From Patescibacteria group bacterium (GTDB taxonomy: Bacteria > Patescibacteriota > UBA1384 > XYA2-FULL-43-10 > 1-14-0-10-43-13), in contig JBAZBD010000001.1 in NCBI GenBank assembly GCA_041671645.1, positions 85,561-149,560 of the forward strand: 64,000 nt of DNA. Direction: 5' to 3'. Below the pieces are notes generated by a model. It saw only the letters and a list, made by a program, of their open reading frames with translations. It was not told the DNA's origin and searched no databases. Positions 54,020-63,222 of the stretch are shown here, one piece after another (the stretch's first letter is position 1; each line of letters opens with the position of its first letter). Both the position numbers and the translations under genes were made by a program.

Positions 54020-54555
54020 ATTGCTTCGGCCGAAATGCTCTCTGCCGCTTGTTCTATGGCTAGAATAGGGCTTTTCCCTTTGACGATGATCTTGCGGCCG
54101 TCAAAATCGATCACATCTTTCGAGGGGATGACGGTCTCTTTGAGAAGACTTTGAATATAAAACTTTGAGAGGGCGAGAGTTTTGCTATCGATCAAATAAT
54201 CATAAACTTTGCCGATATAAGCGCCTGATTCAAAAAAAGCTTTTTGATTTAGGCCATAATATCTTTTCTTAAATAAATCCTTGGCCGTCTGTGCCTCTTC
54301 GAGCTGGATGACGGCATCTTCGTCTTTGACGATGACTGCCTCCTTTAATACTTCAATCACGTCAACTGCTAGCACGACACGAGGCGCCCCAAACGAAAAA
54401 ATAGAATTCAGAAGTATGAATCCTATTATTTTTTGGCCGCTTGGATCTACAAGAATATCGGCGACTTTACCAAGTCTGCTCTGATCGCGGAGGTCAAATA
54501 TCGGCAATCCAATAAGTTTGGTATAACGCAAAATCATAGCTAGATCATAGTTCAA
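54016..54555 (-). CDS. PRC-barrel domain protein
   Basis: LIGLPIFDLRDQSRLGKVADILVDPSGQKIIGFIL and a second IGKVYDYLIDSKT repeat resemble PRC-barrel modules. Confidence 0.4.
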   Translation of the reverse strand: MNYDLAMILRYTKLIGLPIFDLRDQSRLGKVADILVDPSGQKIIGFILLNSIFSFGAPRVVLAVDVIEVLKEAVIVKDEDAVIQLEEAQTAKDLFKKRYYGLNQKAFFESGAYIGKVYDYLIDSKTLALSKFYIQSLLKETVIPSKDVIDFDGRKIIVKGKSPILAIEQAAESISAEAI

Positions 54556-54583
54556 AAATGCAAATTGTTCAAACTATTTTCGC

Positions 54584-55147
54584 CTAATTGGCGCGTTCGA
54601 CGTAAGATCCGTCGCGAGTGTCGACCACGATTTTGTCACCTTCTTTGATAAAGATTGGGGTGTCGATAATGGCATCAGTCTCGATGGTGACTCTCTTGGT
54701 CACGGCTGAAGCGGTGTTGCCTTTGACGGCTGGAGGAGCGGAAGTAACCTTGAAAATCATTTTGATTGGCAACTCAATGTCCAAGGCCTCATTGTTGAAA
54801 TAAAGAATATCGACGTTTGAATTTTCAATCAGATATTGTTTCTGGCTTCCGATCTTGGAGGCAGGGATAGTGAATTGGTCGAAGGACTGATTGTCCATGA
54901 AGTAAGCCTCATCTTCATCGGAATAGAGGTAGAGGGCAGTTTTCTTGGAGAGATCGGCTTCATCAACTTTGTCAGCTCCCTGAAAGGTCTTGTCGACGGT
55001 GGCGCCAGTGCGAAGATTCTTGATCTTAGTCTTGACGACTGCGCCGCCTCGTCCCTGCTTGGAATGGTAATAGGAAATAACGACGAAAGGATCACCTTCC
55101 ATCGTAAATTTGGTTCCTGTTTTGAGATCGGTAATTGAAAGCATCAC
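54584..55147 (-). CDS. efp: Elongation factor P
   Basis: MLSITDLKTGTKFTMEGDPFVVISYYHSKQGRGGAVVKTKIKNLRTG is the canonical EF-P N-terminus with the KQGRGG loop. Confidence 0.9.
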   Translation of the reverse strand: MMLSITDLKTGTKFTMEGDPFVVISYYHSKQGRGGAVVKTKIKNLRTGATVDKTFQGADKVDEADLSKKTALYLYSDEDEAYFMDNQSFDQFTIPASKIGSQKQYLIENSNVDILYFNNEALDIELPIKMIFKVTSAPPAVKGNTASAVTKRVTIETDAIIDTPIFIKEGDKIVVDTRDGSYVERAN

Positions 55148-55149
55148 AA

Positions 55150-55230
55150 AAAATTTCTAATTAATAATTATTAATTTCTAATCAAATTCTAATTCTCAAT
55201 TATTAAAAATTAGAAAATGAAAATTAATAA
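55150..55230. repeat. Related AT-rich repeat (ctaattaataattattaatttctaat...) between efp and rpsR
   Basis: It shares the ATTAGAAATTAATAAT-type core with the 36806-36856 extension. Confidence 0.45.
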
Positions 55231-55231
55231 T

Positions 55232-55438
55232 TTATCTGACTGTGTAAGGCAAAAGAGCAAGGAATCTAGCTTTCTTGACTGCGTTTTCGACAGCGCGCTG
55301 GTGGCCGGCACAGTTGTTGGTGCGGCTAGCAGGCTGGATCTTGTTCCAGCGATCAAGATAGCGTGAAAGAGCGGCTACGTCTTTGTAGTCAATCTCCATA
55401 TTCTTTGTTTTGCAAACTAAACATCTTCGTTTTGGCAT
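55232..55438 (-). CDS. rpsR: 30S ribosomal protein S18
   Basis: IDYKDVAALSRYL...RTNNCAGHQRAV...KKARFLALLPY. Confidence 0.9.
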   Translation of the reverse strand: MPKRRCLVCKTKNMEIDYKDVAALSRYLDRWNKIQPASRTNNCAGHQRAVENAVKKARFLALLPYTVR

Positions 55439-55449
55439 GGTATTTCCTA

Positions 55450-55902
55450 TTAAAATGGTATTTCTTCTATGTCGATTTCTTCATCGTTCTTTGGTGCGCT
55501 AACAGGAGCAACTTTCTCTGCTGGAGCGTGTTCGGCTGAACTCTTTGGCTCGTAGCTTCCGCCGCCTGTGCGGCTACCGAGAACGATAATATTGTCAGCG
55601 ATAATTTCTGTTTTGTATCTTTTGACGCTGTCCTGGCCTTCCCAGTTGCGTGTCTCGATTCGTCCTTCGATGAAGACTGGCCCGCCCTTTTTCAGCATTG
55701 GCACTACTGCCTCAGCTTGTTTGCCCCAGACCACAATGTCGTGGTATTGGGTATCTTCTCCGTCAGCGGCGCCATCTCGGCCTTTCCATTTGCGGTTGGT
55801 GGCAACTGCGAAGTTGGCAACAGCTTGGCCGTTTGGGGTGAATCTCATCTCGGGGTCACGGGTCAAATTTCCTATCAGTTGAGCACGGTTTAGATTAAGC
55901 AT
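55450..55902 (-). CDS. ssb: Single-stranded DNA-binding protein
   Basis: MLNLNRAQLIGNLTRDPEMRFTPNGQAVANFAVATN OB-fold and an acidic C-terminal tip DIEEIPF. Confidence 0.9.
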   Translation of the reverse strand: MLNLNRAQLIGNLTRDPEMRFTPNGQAVANFAVATNRKWKGRDGAADGEDTQYHDIVVWGKQAEAVVPMLKKGGPVFIEGRIETRNWEGQDSVKRYKTEIIADNIIVLGSRTGGGSYEPKSSAEHAPAEKVAPVSAPKNDEEIDIEEIPF

Positions 55903-55944
55903 ACGTTCCTTTCAACTATGTTAAATATCAAATTCCTATTTGGA

Positions 55945-56640
55945 TTATAACTCGTCTTTGAGGATGTCGTCGAGCTCTTCGTTGAGCTTAGATAGACGCT
56001 CAGCTTCGTCAGCTGGCTCTTTCTTCTTCGCAACTTTGCGAACTGGCTTAACTTCTTCTTTTACTTCTACAACTGGTTTCTCTTTGACAACTTTTTCTTT
56101 TTTGACTGGTTTGATTTCAGCCTCAACCTTTTCAACCTTAACTTCAGGCTCCTCTGTCTCTTCTTCAGGACTTTCAACTTTCGACTTTGGACTTTCAACT
56201 TCCGTGGCTTCTTCTTTTTCTTCTCTTACGGCCATGAGATCACGACTCTGCTCTGTCTCACCTTCGATTGCCTCAAATGATTTGTGGCCAATCAGGGCTT
56301 CGATCTCTTCGGTTCCTGCAATTTCGTCCTGTGTCAATGTGATTGTCTGGTCTCCGTAATCTTTGACCATCATCAATTGGCGAATGACAGTAGTTTCAAG
56401 TCTAATCTCTCTCTCGAGCTCGCGAGCCTTGTCGGCTGGAAGTGAAAAATAGATAGTAACGTAAGTTGCAAAGTCCTGCTTTTTGATCGTATAGCAGAGT
56501 TTGCGCCGTCCCCAAATGTCCTCTTTGCTGATTTTGCCGCCGAGACCATTAATAAGACCTGCAATTTTGCCGGTCACTTTGTTCAAATCTGTCTCGCGTA
56601 CTTCATCAGAAATCATGTACGTAAGTTCGTACTGTCTCAT
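55945..56640 (-). CDS. rpsF: 30S ribosomal protein S6 with long acidic/lysine-rich C-terminal extension
   Basis: MRQYELTYMISDEV...GKISKEDIWGRRKLCYTIKK is the bS6 core. It is followed by a roughly 120-aa E/K-rich tail that contains a GACTTTC-type tandem repeat. Confidence 0.85.
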   Translation of the reverse strand: MRQYELTYMISDEVRETDLNKVTGKIAGLINGLGGKISKEDIWGRRKLCYTIKKQDFATYVTIYFSLPADKARELEREIRLETTVIRQLMMVKDYGDQTITLTQDEIAGTEEIEALIGHKSFEAIEGETEQSRDLMAVREEKEEATEVESPKSKVESPEEETEEPEVKVEKVEAEIKPVKKEKVVKEKPVVEVKEEVKPVRKVAKKKEPADEAERLSKLNEELDDILKDEL

Positions 56641-56784
56641 GTAATCCTTTCGGCGCTAGCTGGCCCTTTCGGGAGTCCAATTGAGATCGGACGCTAGCTT
56701 CCTTGTCATCAAAGCCAAGGAAAAGTTAATTAATTTAAGCCAATAATAGCACGAAAATCGCTGGTCGTCAATCGTTTGGCACTC

Positions 56785-58143
56785 TCAATTGAGAGGGTCT
56801 AGATTCATCGGCCTGCGAGTGTCGTAGAAGGACTGATTGACCCACTCTGGCACGGGCTCATTTTGGTAGAGATCGAAGAATTCCGAGAGAAAAGTAGTGG
56901 CGTAGGAACCCTTGTCGAGATCAAAATAGAAAACATAGCCCATTGGCGCTTTGTAGGCGTTGTAAATCTTGGGCATGATTCTGGTCTTGATCATGATCGG
57001 AGTGTTGCCGAAAAGTTCACCGAAGAACGGCTGATCAAACTGAAGGGTAGAGAGCTCTGATTCTGGAATTATTGGGCGATAAAGAGCTAGTACTTCGGCC
57101 GAACCATTCAATACTGGTAATTCGTCCGGGAGCTGGAGATTGTTCTTGATGTAATGTGAAACTAGGCGGTTAAACCAGAAGCTTCGGTAAGCGTGAACGA
57201 ATAGTTTGGTTGATTTGAATATCTGCTTCAGCGCCAAGACTGGCTTGCCCGTGCTTTGCAATTCGCGAAGGAGCTCTAGGTCATAACGGAAGAAATAGGG
57301 GAATTGAGCGAACGATTCAGTCATCTTGGCCCAATCTCCATAAAAGGCCGCGGCCTTGGCTCGAATGTCAGCCAAAACTTTGATCTCTTGGGTTGAAGGC
57401 TCTGCCAATATCAATCTGATCGCTTCGTCATAATTGCCCTTAAATATGGCTTGGCCGACGAAGTGATTATTGAGTCTGACTGAGCCGAAGCGTTGGAGGG
57501 AATAGAAGTTCAAGAATCCCGCCTTATTTACCTCTGTGACCCGCTCTCGCAGGATTTCTTCGTTCAATTGAGGATTTGTCCGGACCAGGATGGTGAAGCG
57601 GTTGCCGGTGAGGTCTCCGACTCCGACAACTCCTTTGCGCAAGCGGATATTCTTGAGAGTTAGGTTTGGCAAATCGACGCTTCGAAGCTGTTCCTTGGAT
57701 ACTCCGTTGAAGGTCATCTTCTGAGAAGTAATGGCGTTTTCGTCTTTGAGTCCCGCATAGCCGATTTCTGAGAGAGAAATACGAAGGGCGTTGGCTAATC
57801 GGTCGGCCGCTTCGAGCGTGCCAATTCCGTTTTTGACCACCTCTGCTTCGGTGATCGGTCGGTTGCTCAATTCAACTTCGTCTGGAAGCACGTCCTTTTC
57901 TTTGTTGATCGTGCTCACCTGCCCGTCCAGACCGATCTCTTCGACGATAAAGTCGGAGGGCAAAAATTTGATCATGCCAAGGCCTGCGATTTTGCGATCA
58001 TAATCGATGCCGATATAGCGGAGGAAGGGAGTGGTAAATTGAGGCGAATGAGGCGCGACAACAGAGGCGGGGTCCAGGCGTTTGATCTCACTAAGCTTGG
58101 CCTCGTCAATCTCCTTGAGGGCTAATTCTTCTTTTTCTTGCAT
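56785..58143 (-). CDS. truD: tRNA pseudouridine(13) synthase TruD
   Basis: FLPSDFIVEEI and GYAGLKDENAITSQ are TruD signature motifs. Confidence 0.7.
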   Translation of the reverse strand: MQEKEELALKEIDEAKLSEIKRLDPASVVAPHSPQFTTPFLRYIGIDYDRKIAGLGMIKFLPSDFIVEEIGLDGQVSTINKEKDVLPDEVELSNRPITEAEVVKNGIGTLEAADRLANALRISLSEIGYAGLKDENAITSQKMTFNGVSKEQLRSVDLPNLTLKNIRLRKGVVGVGDLTGNRFTILVRTNPQLNEEILRERVTEVNKAGFLNFYSLQRFGSVRLNNHFVGQAIFKGNYDEAIRLILAEPSTQEIKVLADIRAKAAAFYGDWAKMTESFAQFPYFFRYDLELLRELQSTGKPVLALKQIFKSTKLFVHAYRSFWFNRLVSHYIKNNLQLPDELPVLNGSAEVLALYRPIIPESELSTLQFDQPFFGELFGNTPIMIKTRIMPKIYNAYKAPMGYVFYFDLDKGSYATTFLSEFFDLYQNEPVPEWVNQSFYDTRRPMNLDPLN

Positions 58144-58250
58144 GGGATTATTATACTATTTGTTTATAATTTAGGCCAATTTGGCAAAATTGGGCATAGA
58201 AATGGCTCGTACCGAATGATATTTCGTGGTACGAGCCTGATTTCCTCCTT

Positions 58251-58913
58251 TTATTTGTGCGGGATCCCCACAACGTTTACAAAGGCTTGGCCGCCCCTGC
58301 AGACAAAAGCCACATCGGTCTCTTTTACGTATAGGGAGTGGCCTTCGCTCGGGACGTAGAGAAGAATGTTCGCCGAATCGGCGGATTGGCCGCTGGACAG
58401 ATCTGGCGGGTTGCGCCAAACATTCGGGAAATTTAACCGTACGCCGGTTGGGCTACCTTCTGGCCCAGCCAGCCTCCGCAAGATTGCGGCGAACTGGGCG
58501 CCACTCAGAGCGCCAGAGCCTTCGGCCGATGGGCCTTGGCGAATTTCGAGGCGTGTGTCTTTTGCCATCCCTGAGGAGTCAACTGTGCAGACCCACCGGG
58601 CGTGCCAGAGGATCTGCGGACGGGTCAAGAAGTCCGCCAAGAGAGCACCATCGAAGGTCCCCTTGGTTTGGAGTTGAATTCCCAAATCGATGGTCCCTCG
58701 ATCATTGGTTGAGATCGTTTCGGGGTCGATTCCGAGAGCGGTGGCAAGAGTCTCCCACTTGGTCGACTGACCGGTCTGATCCCTCTCAACCGGTTTTATT
58801 TGGTCGAGAAAGGGACAGAGTCGCTCAATACCCCGGAGGGTAATGAGACTTATAAACACGAACGGGTCTAAGCCCGCGGCAATCTTCTGTTGCCAGTATT
58901 CTTGTACGTTCAT
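58251..58913 (-). CDS. Hypothetical protein in a locally GC-rich segment
   Basis: 220-aa ORF with GC content visibly higher than its surroundings and no motif recognised. Confidence 0.4.
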   Translation of the reverse strand: MNVQEYWQQKIAAGLDPFVFISLITLRGIERLCPFLDQIKPVERDQTGQSTKWETLATALGIDPETISTNDRGTIDLGIQLQTKGTFDGALLADFLTRPQILWHARWVCTVDSSGMAKDTRLEIRQGPSAEGSGALSGAQFAAILRRLAGPEGSPTGVRLNFPNVWRNPPDLSSGQSADSANILLYVPSEGHSLYVKETDVAFVCRGGQAFVNVVGIPHK

Positions 58914-58934
58914 GGCGTACCTCCAGTTCAGAAT

Positions 58935-58968
58935 TTTGGTATTTCAGTAATGGAATATAATACCAAAA
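58935..58968. terminator. Terminator hairpin downstream of ychF
   Basis: ttttggtatt-(loop)-aataccaaaa with flanking A/T runs. Confidence 0.55.
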
Positions 58969-59009
58969 AAGAGCCAATTTGTCAACAGGCTTTTGTGTTT
59001 GGGGAGAGT

Positions 59010-60134
59010 TTAGACGTTGAAACGGAAGAGTACGACGTCGCCGTCACGCATGATATAGCTCTTGCCTTCAGTGCGAATGAGGCCCTTCGATTTGGCATTT
59101 GCCCACGAATTAGAGTTCAAAAGATCTTTGTAATTGACGATTTCAGCGGCGATGAAGCCTCTTTCAAAGTCGCCATGTATGACGCCAGCCGCTTGAGGAG
59201 CAGTGTCTCCCTGATGAATAGTCCAAGCCCGAGTTTCGTCCTCGCCGGTAGTCAGATATGTCTGTAGACCGAGTATCCGATAAGCTTCCTTGATTAGTCG
59301 GTCTAGTCCGGAATCCTCGAGTCCTAACTCGGCCAAATATTCTGCTTTTTCCCCTTCGTCGAGCTCATTTAGCTCCGATTCAAGCTTTGCGGAAATAGGG
59401 ATAAAATCATTTGTCATCCCAGACTTGATCTGGGATCCAGAAATATTAGCCTGGATTCCAGTCTTCACTGGAATGACACGATCAAAATTGGCAATTTTAT
59501 CTTCGGCGACGTTGGCGATATAAATGACTGGTTTCTGAGTCATCAAGCCCAAGTTCTTGATCTGTAGTTTTTCGTCGTCATTTAAGTCTGTTTCACGAGC
59601 ATTTTTGCCGGCATTTAGTACAGTTTGAACCTTTTTCAATCCTGATTGTAAACTCTTGGCTTCCTTGTTCCCACTTTTGAGCTCTTTTTCGACGGAAGAA
59701 AGGCGTTTTTCGACAGTATTTAAGTCAGCCAATTGGAGCTCTGTTTCGATCGTATTGATGTCGTCTGCAGGGTCAATTTTGCCTTCGACGTGGACGACAT
59801 TTTCGTCTTCGAAGAAGCGGACGACCATGCCGATAGCGTCGCATTCGCGGATAGCGGCCAGGAATTTGTTGCCTAGTCCTTCACCTTTGGAAGCGCCGCG
59901 AACAAGGCCGGCAATATCGACGAATTCGACTACAGCAGGCACGATTTTCTTGGATTTTGACATTTCGGCTAGCGGTGCGAGCCTTTCGTCGGGAACTTCA
60001 ACAATACCCACATTGGGCTCGATGGTGCAGAAGGGATAATTGGCCGCTTCCGCATGAGAGCCTTTGACAAGGGTGTTGAACAAAGTTGATTTGCCGACAT
60101 TTGGCAGGCCGACGATGCCGATTTTTAAACTCAT
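59010..60134 (-). CDS. ychF: Ribosome-binding ATPase YchF (Obg-like)
   Basis: MSLKIGIVGLPNVGKSTLFNTL G1 motif, DIAGLVRGASKGEGLGNKFL, and a C-terminal TGS domain. Confidence 0.9.
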   Translation of the reverse strand: MSLKIGIVGLPNVGKSTLFNTLVKGSHAEAANYPFCTIEPNVGIVEVPDERLAPLAEMSKSKKIVPAVVEFVDIAGLVRGASKGEGLGNKFLAAIRECDAIGMVVRFFEDENVVHVEGKIDPADDINTIETELQLADLNTVEKRLSSVEKELKSGNKEAKSLQSGLKKVQTVLNAGKNARETDLNDDEKLQIKNLGLMTQKPVIYIANVAEDKIANFDRVIPVKTGIQANISGSQIKSGMTNDFIPISAKLESELNELDEGEKAEYLAELGLEDSGLDRLIKEAYRILGLQTYLTTGEDETRAWTIHQGDTAPQAAGVIHGDFERGFIAAEIVNYKDLLNSNSWANAKSKGLIRTEGKSYIMRDGDVVLFRFNV

Positions 60135-60204
60135 AATGGGCTGATTCTAGCAGAAAAGGGCTCAAATTGAAACATGAATTAAAAAAGCAGGCAAATGATG
60201 CCTG

Positions 60205-60867
60205 CTAACCGATAAGTTTGAAGGGGAAGCTGTCACGCTCCTCACTATGAATGTTCTGTCCGATGATGACTTTGGCGCGAAGCCAGAAGAGTATTCGTTT
60301 CAGATAAGTACTGCCCATAATCTGATCATTTGTCGAGTCAAGGGCTTCTACCAAGTTTGATCTGTTTGGGATCAGATAGGGCACCGCATCTTCGGTGAAT
60401 CGATTGGTAAAAGGTTCCTTGATCTGATCCAACATATGACGCAGAACTTTTTCAGCAAATGAGATTTCGTCCTCGATTGGCTGTTTTATCTCTGGTCCGA
60501 CGAATTGCCTATACTCGCGAATGAGTGAATCATGACGCAGATCATTGTCGTACCAGGCCGAGAGGCCATTTCTGTTCATGTCCGTCCACCCTTCCGGTGG
60601 TTCAATCGGATTGACTACTGGCCATCGCTCTTTGTATTGAGCAAGAGCATAGAGGGAATAGGTCAGAACCTTTTTCCCGCTGTCACAGTCTAAGGTGAAG
60701 ACAACTGAGACACAGAAGGCAGTCTTGGGTATGCAAGCGAGCATGACACTTGTCTGTATGCTCGTCGTCTCAGGCATAGGCGGGTTGAATAGCTCTTTGT
60801 AATAAAGCTTCAGCCCGAAGGATTCAAAGATTCCGCCAAATTGGCGTGCAATATTCTGAATATCCAT
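60205..60867 (-). CDS. Hypothetical protein
   Basis: 220-aa ORF with no motif. Confidence 0.4.
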   Translation of the reverse strand: MDIQNIARQFGGIFESFGLKLYYKELFNPPMPETTSIQTSVMLACIPKTAFCVSVVFTLDCDSGKKVLTYSLYALAQYKERWPVVNPIEPPEGWTDMNRNGLSAWYDNDLRHDSLIREYRQFVGPEIKQPIEDEISFAEKVLRHMLDQIKEPFTNRFTEDAVPYLIPNRSNLVEALDSTNDQIMGSTYLKRILFWLRAKVIIGQNIHSEERDSFPFKLIG

Positions 60868-60932
60868 TGTAAATACCTCTTGCCTGTCTTATAACACTTT
60901 TCATCTTTTTTGGCAAATAAAAATCTCCATTA

Positions 60933-61484
60933 TCATGGTAATGGAGACTGGCTTTGCTTTTTCATCTTAGAACGTGGGATGCCCTCAGCGCCGAGGACGA
61001 TGGCGTTTGTTATGTATTCTTTAATTAAGCTTTTCGGCTGAAAAGGTTCATGTTGAGCCATCACATATGGTCTTGTTACATAACTTGATGCAAAGATCGT
61101 GATTTTCTCTGGCACATCTGTCCAGAATTCTTCATTTATGATTACTCGATAAGCGTAGAAGACGACGTCCTCATCGTTCATTTCTCGGAGTGTTACAGGA
61201 TACTTTCCTTCTGGCAAATACGCCATCATAGCGTAGACTCTCCCAAGCAACTCCCTGAGTGCTGAGCCACAAGTCGTGAGCGCTTGCTTACCTGTGAAAT
61301 ATCTAGCGATAAAGTAAGCCAGAACGCCGATGCCAGCGATTGCTAAATCGATCAATACTCCGAACCAACCCTTTGTTGCGTAATCGTTCATTAACGAACG
61401 AACTGAATCTATAACTATGTACACTAACACTATGCCCGCGACAACAAAGAAAATAATCCTTGTCGTGTTCATTCTTTTGTTCAT
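60933..61484 (-). CDS. Hypothetical membrane protein
   Basis: Start taken at MNKRMNTTR with GGGGGG upstream. Two TM helices. Confidence 0.4.
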   Translation of the reverse strand: MNKRMNTTRIIFFVVAGIVLVYIVIDSVRSLMNDYATKGWFGVLIDLAIAGIGVLAYFIARYFTGKQALTTCGSALRELLGRVYAMMAYLPEGKYPVTLREMNDEDVVFYAYRVIINEEFWTDVPEKITIFASSYVTRPYVMAQHEPFQPKSLIKEYITNAIVLGAEGIPRSKMKKQSQSPLP

Positions 61485-62204
61485 TTCTAGTCCCCCCTGA
61501 AATGCATTCACAAACAAGTTGTGTGGATTTTTTATAACACGCTTTATTCTTTTTGGCAAATAGAAAAGCCCCGATAGTTCGGGGCTTGGGTAATTAGTTA
61601 TGCTTTTTGGCATTGGATGCCATGTAAGCATGTCGGCGCCATCTCTGTACGGAGTGGGCGCATGTCGGCGCGACGTGGTAATGCACCATCAACATCCTTA
61701 TGGCGATGCGGCGAAACGGTCGTGGCGACTTGAGCGTTTGGATCATCGGTTCGACGACCCACAGTCCCCATTCTTTCCTCGAAAGGATGCGAACGATTGG
61801 GGAAAAAAATAATGTCGGGATCAACATGATGGCCCAGAAGGCCAAGGAAGCGTTAAGCTTCGCTCGTCTCAAGGCCCACATCACGTGTGGACTGATCCTC
61901 ATTGTTACGGGATCTGAGAGATCCCAAGTTCTGGAGCTTGAACCGACCATTGGTCGATTCATAGTGTTTTCTGCTGTAACCATTGCTACTACATCCTTTG
62001 GGGAAGTTGGCCGAAAAATAAAACACTCCTTCGATGAAGGGGTGTAAATATTACTTTTAGACCTAAAGTCATATTAACATGTTATCTCTATGTAGTCAAG
62101 GGTTTTCGACCTTTATTTTTCACTCAGGCCCCGAAGGGGAGCCTTCGGCTTTGGCGAGTGAGTAGGTTCTTTAATTCTAAATCAAGATACGTTATCATCA
62201 GTGC

Positions 62205-63203
62205 ATGGAAAAGAAAACACTAGTATTGATAGATTCGAACGCGATAATTCATCGCGCTTATCATGCTTTGCCCAAGACGATGTCGACGCGCAAAGGCGAG
62301 CTGACCAATGTTGTCTACGGTTATACCACGACTTTAATCAAAGTTTTGGAGGATTTGAAGCCTGACTACATTGCTGCTTCGTTTGATGTCTCAAAAAACA
62401 CCTTTCGACTGGCAGAATATGCCGAGTACAAAGCCCATCGGGTCAAAGCCGATCAGGAGCTATATGATCAAATCCCTCGAGTCAAGCAATTATTGAACGT
62501 CTTGAGCGTTCCGATATATGAGTTGGAAGGATTTGAGGCTGATGACGTCATCGGCACGATTGCACATATTTGTCAGGAGTCAGGAGTCGGGGGTCAGGAG
62601 AATGGCTCCAAACTCCAAACTCCAAACTCCCTGCATATTTACATCGTGACGGGGGACAAGGACGCATTTCAATTAGTCGACGGTAACATTGAAGTTTATG
62701 ATTTGAAACACGGTCTATCTGACGCACAGATTGTCAATTCGACGGTGATCAAGACGCTCTGGAATTTGGATCCTTACGACTTCATCGATCTCAAGGCTCT
62801 GGCCGGCGATCCCTCTGACAACATCCCGGGCGTGCCAGGGATTGGGCCCAAGACTGCAACTCTTCTTTTGCAAAAATATGACACGTTAGTAGATATATAC
62901 AAGAGAATCGACGAGGGCCTGGAGCTCGACGTTAAACCCAGAATTCTTGGCTTGCTCAAGGAGTACAAAGAGCAAGCATTTCTCTCCCAGCGACTCGCCA
63001 CCATCCGCAAGGACGTACCGCTTGATTTCAAACTGGAAGATTGCCAATGGGGGGACTATGATAAGGATAGCGTCAGGGACTTTTTCGAAGAAATGCAGTT
63101 TAACTCACTGCTTCGACGATTCGGAGCGATCAAAGGCGACATGCCCAAGACCGAGCAATCAAAAGAACAAAAGAAGCAAGATGATCAATTAAAATTGTTA
63201 TAG
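62205..63203 (+). CDS. 5'-3' exonuclease (Pol I N-terminal/FEN-like, stand-alone)
   Basis: LVLIDSNAIIHRAYHALP, GFEADDVIGT, and the H3TH region GDPSDNIPGVPGIGPKTA. It contains a tandem-repeat-encoded insert. Confidence 0.85.
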   Translation: MEKKTLVLIDSNAIIHRAYHALPKTMSTRKGELTNVVYGYTTTLIKVLEDLKPDYIAASFDVSKNTFRLAEYAEYKAHRVKADQELYDQIPRVKQLLNVLSVPIYELEGFEADDVIGTIAHICQESGVGGQENGSKLQTPNSLHIYIVTGDKDAFQLVDGNIEVYDLKHGLSDAQIVNSTVIKTLWNLDPYDFIDLKALAGDPSDNIPGVPGIGPKTATLLLQKYDTLVDIYKRIDEGLELDVKPRILGLLKEYKEQAFLSQRLATIRKDVPLDFKLEDCQWGDYDKDSVRDFFEEMQFNSLLRRFGAIKGDMPKTEQSKEQKKQDDQLKLL

Positions 63204-63222
63204 TAAACAATGGAGTAAAATA

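Noticed and set aside
61594-62047. Two mutually overlapping unrecognised ORFs (61594-61983 minus, 61700-62047 plus)
   Set aside because: The competing ORFs cannot be told apart from sequence alone. Neither has motifs and the region is compositionally odd, so it is reported as a GC anomaly rather than as genes.
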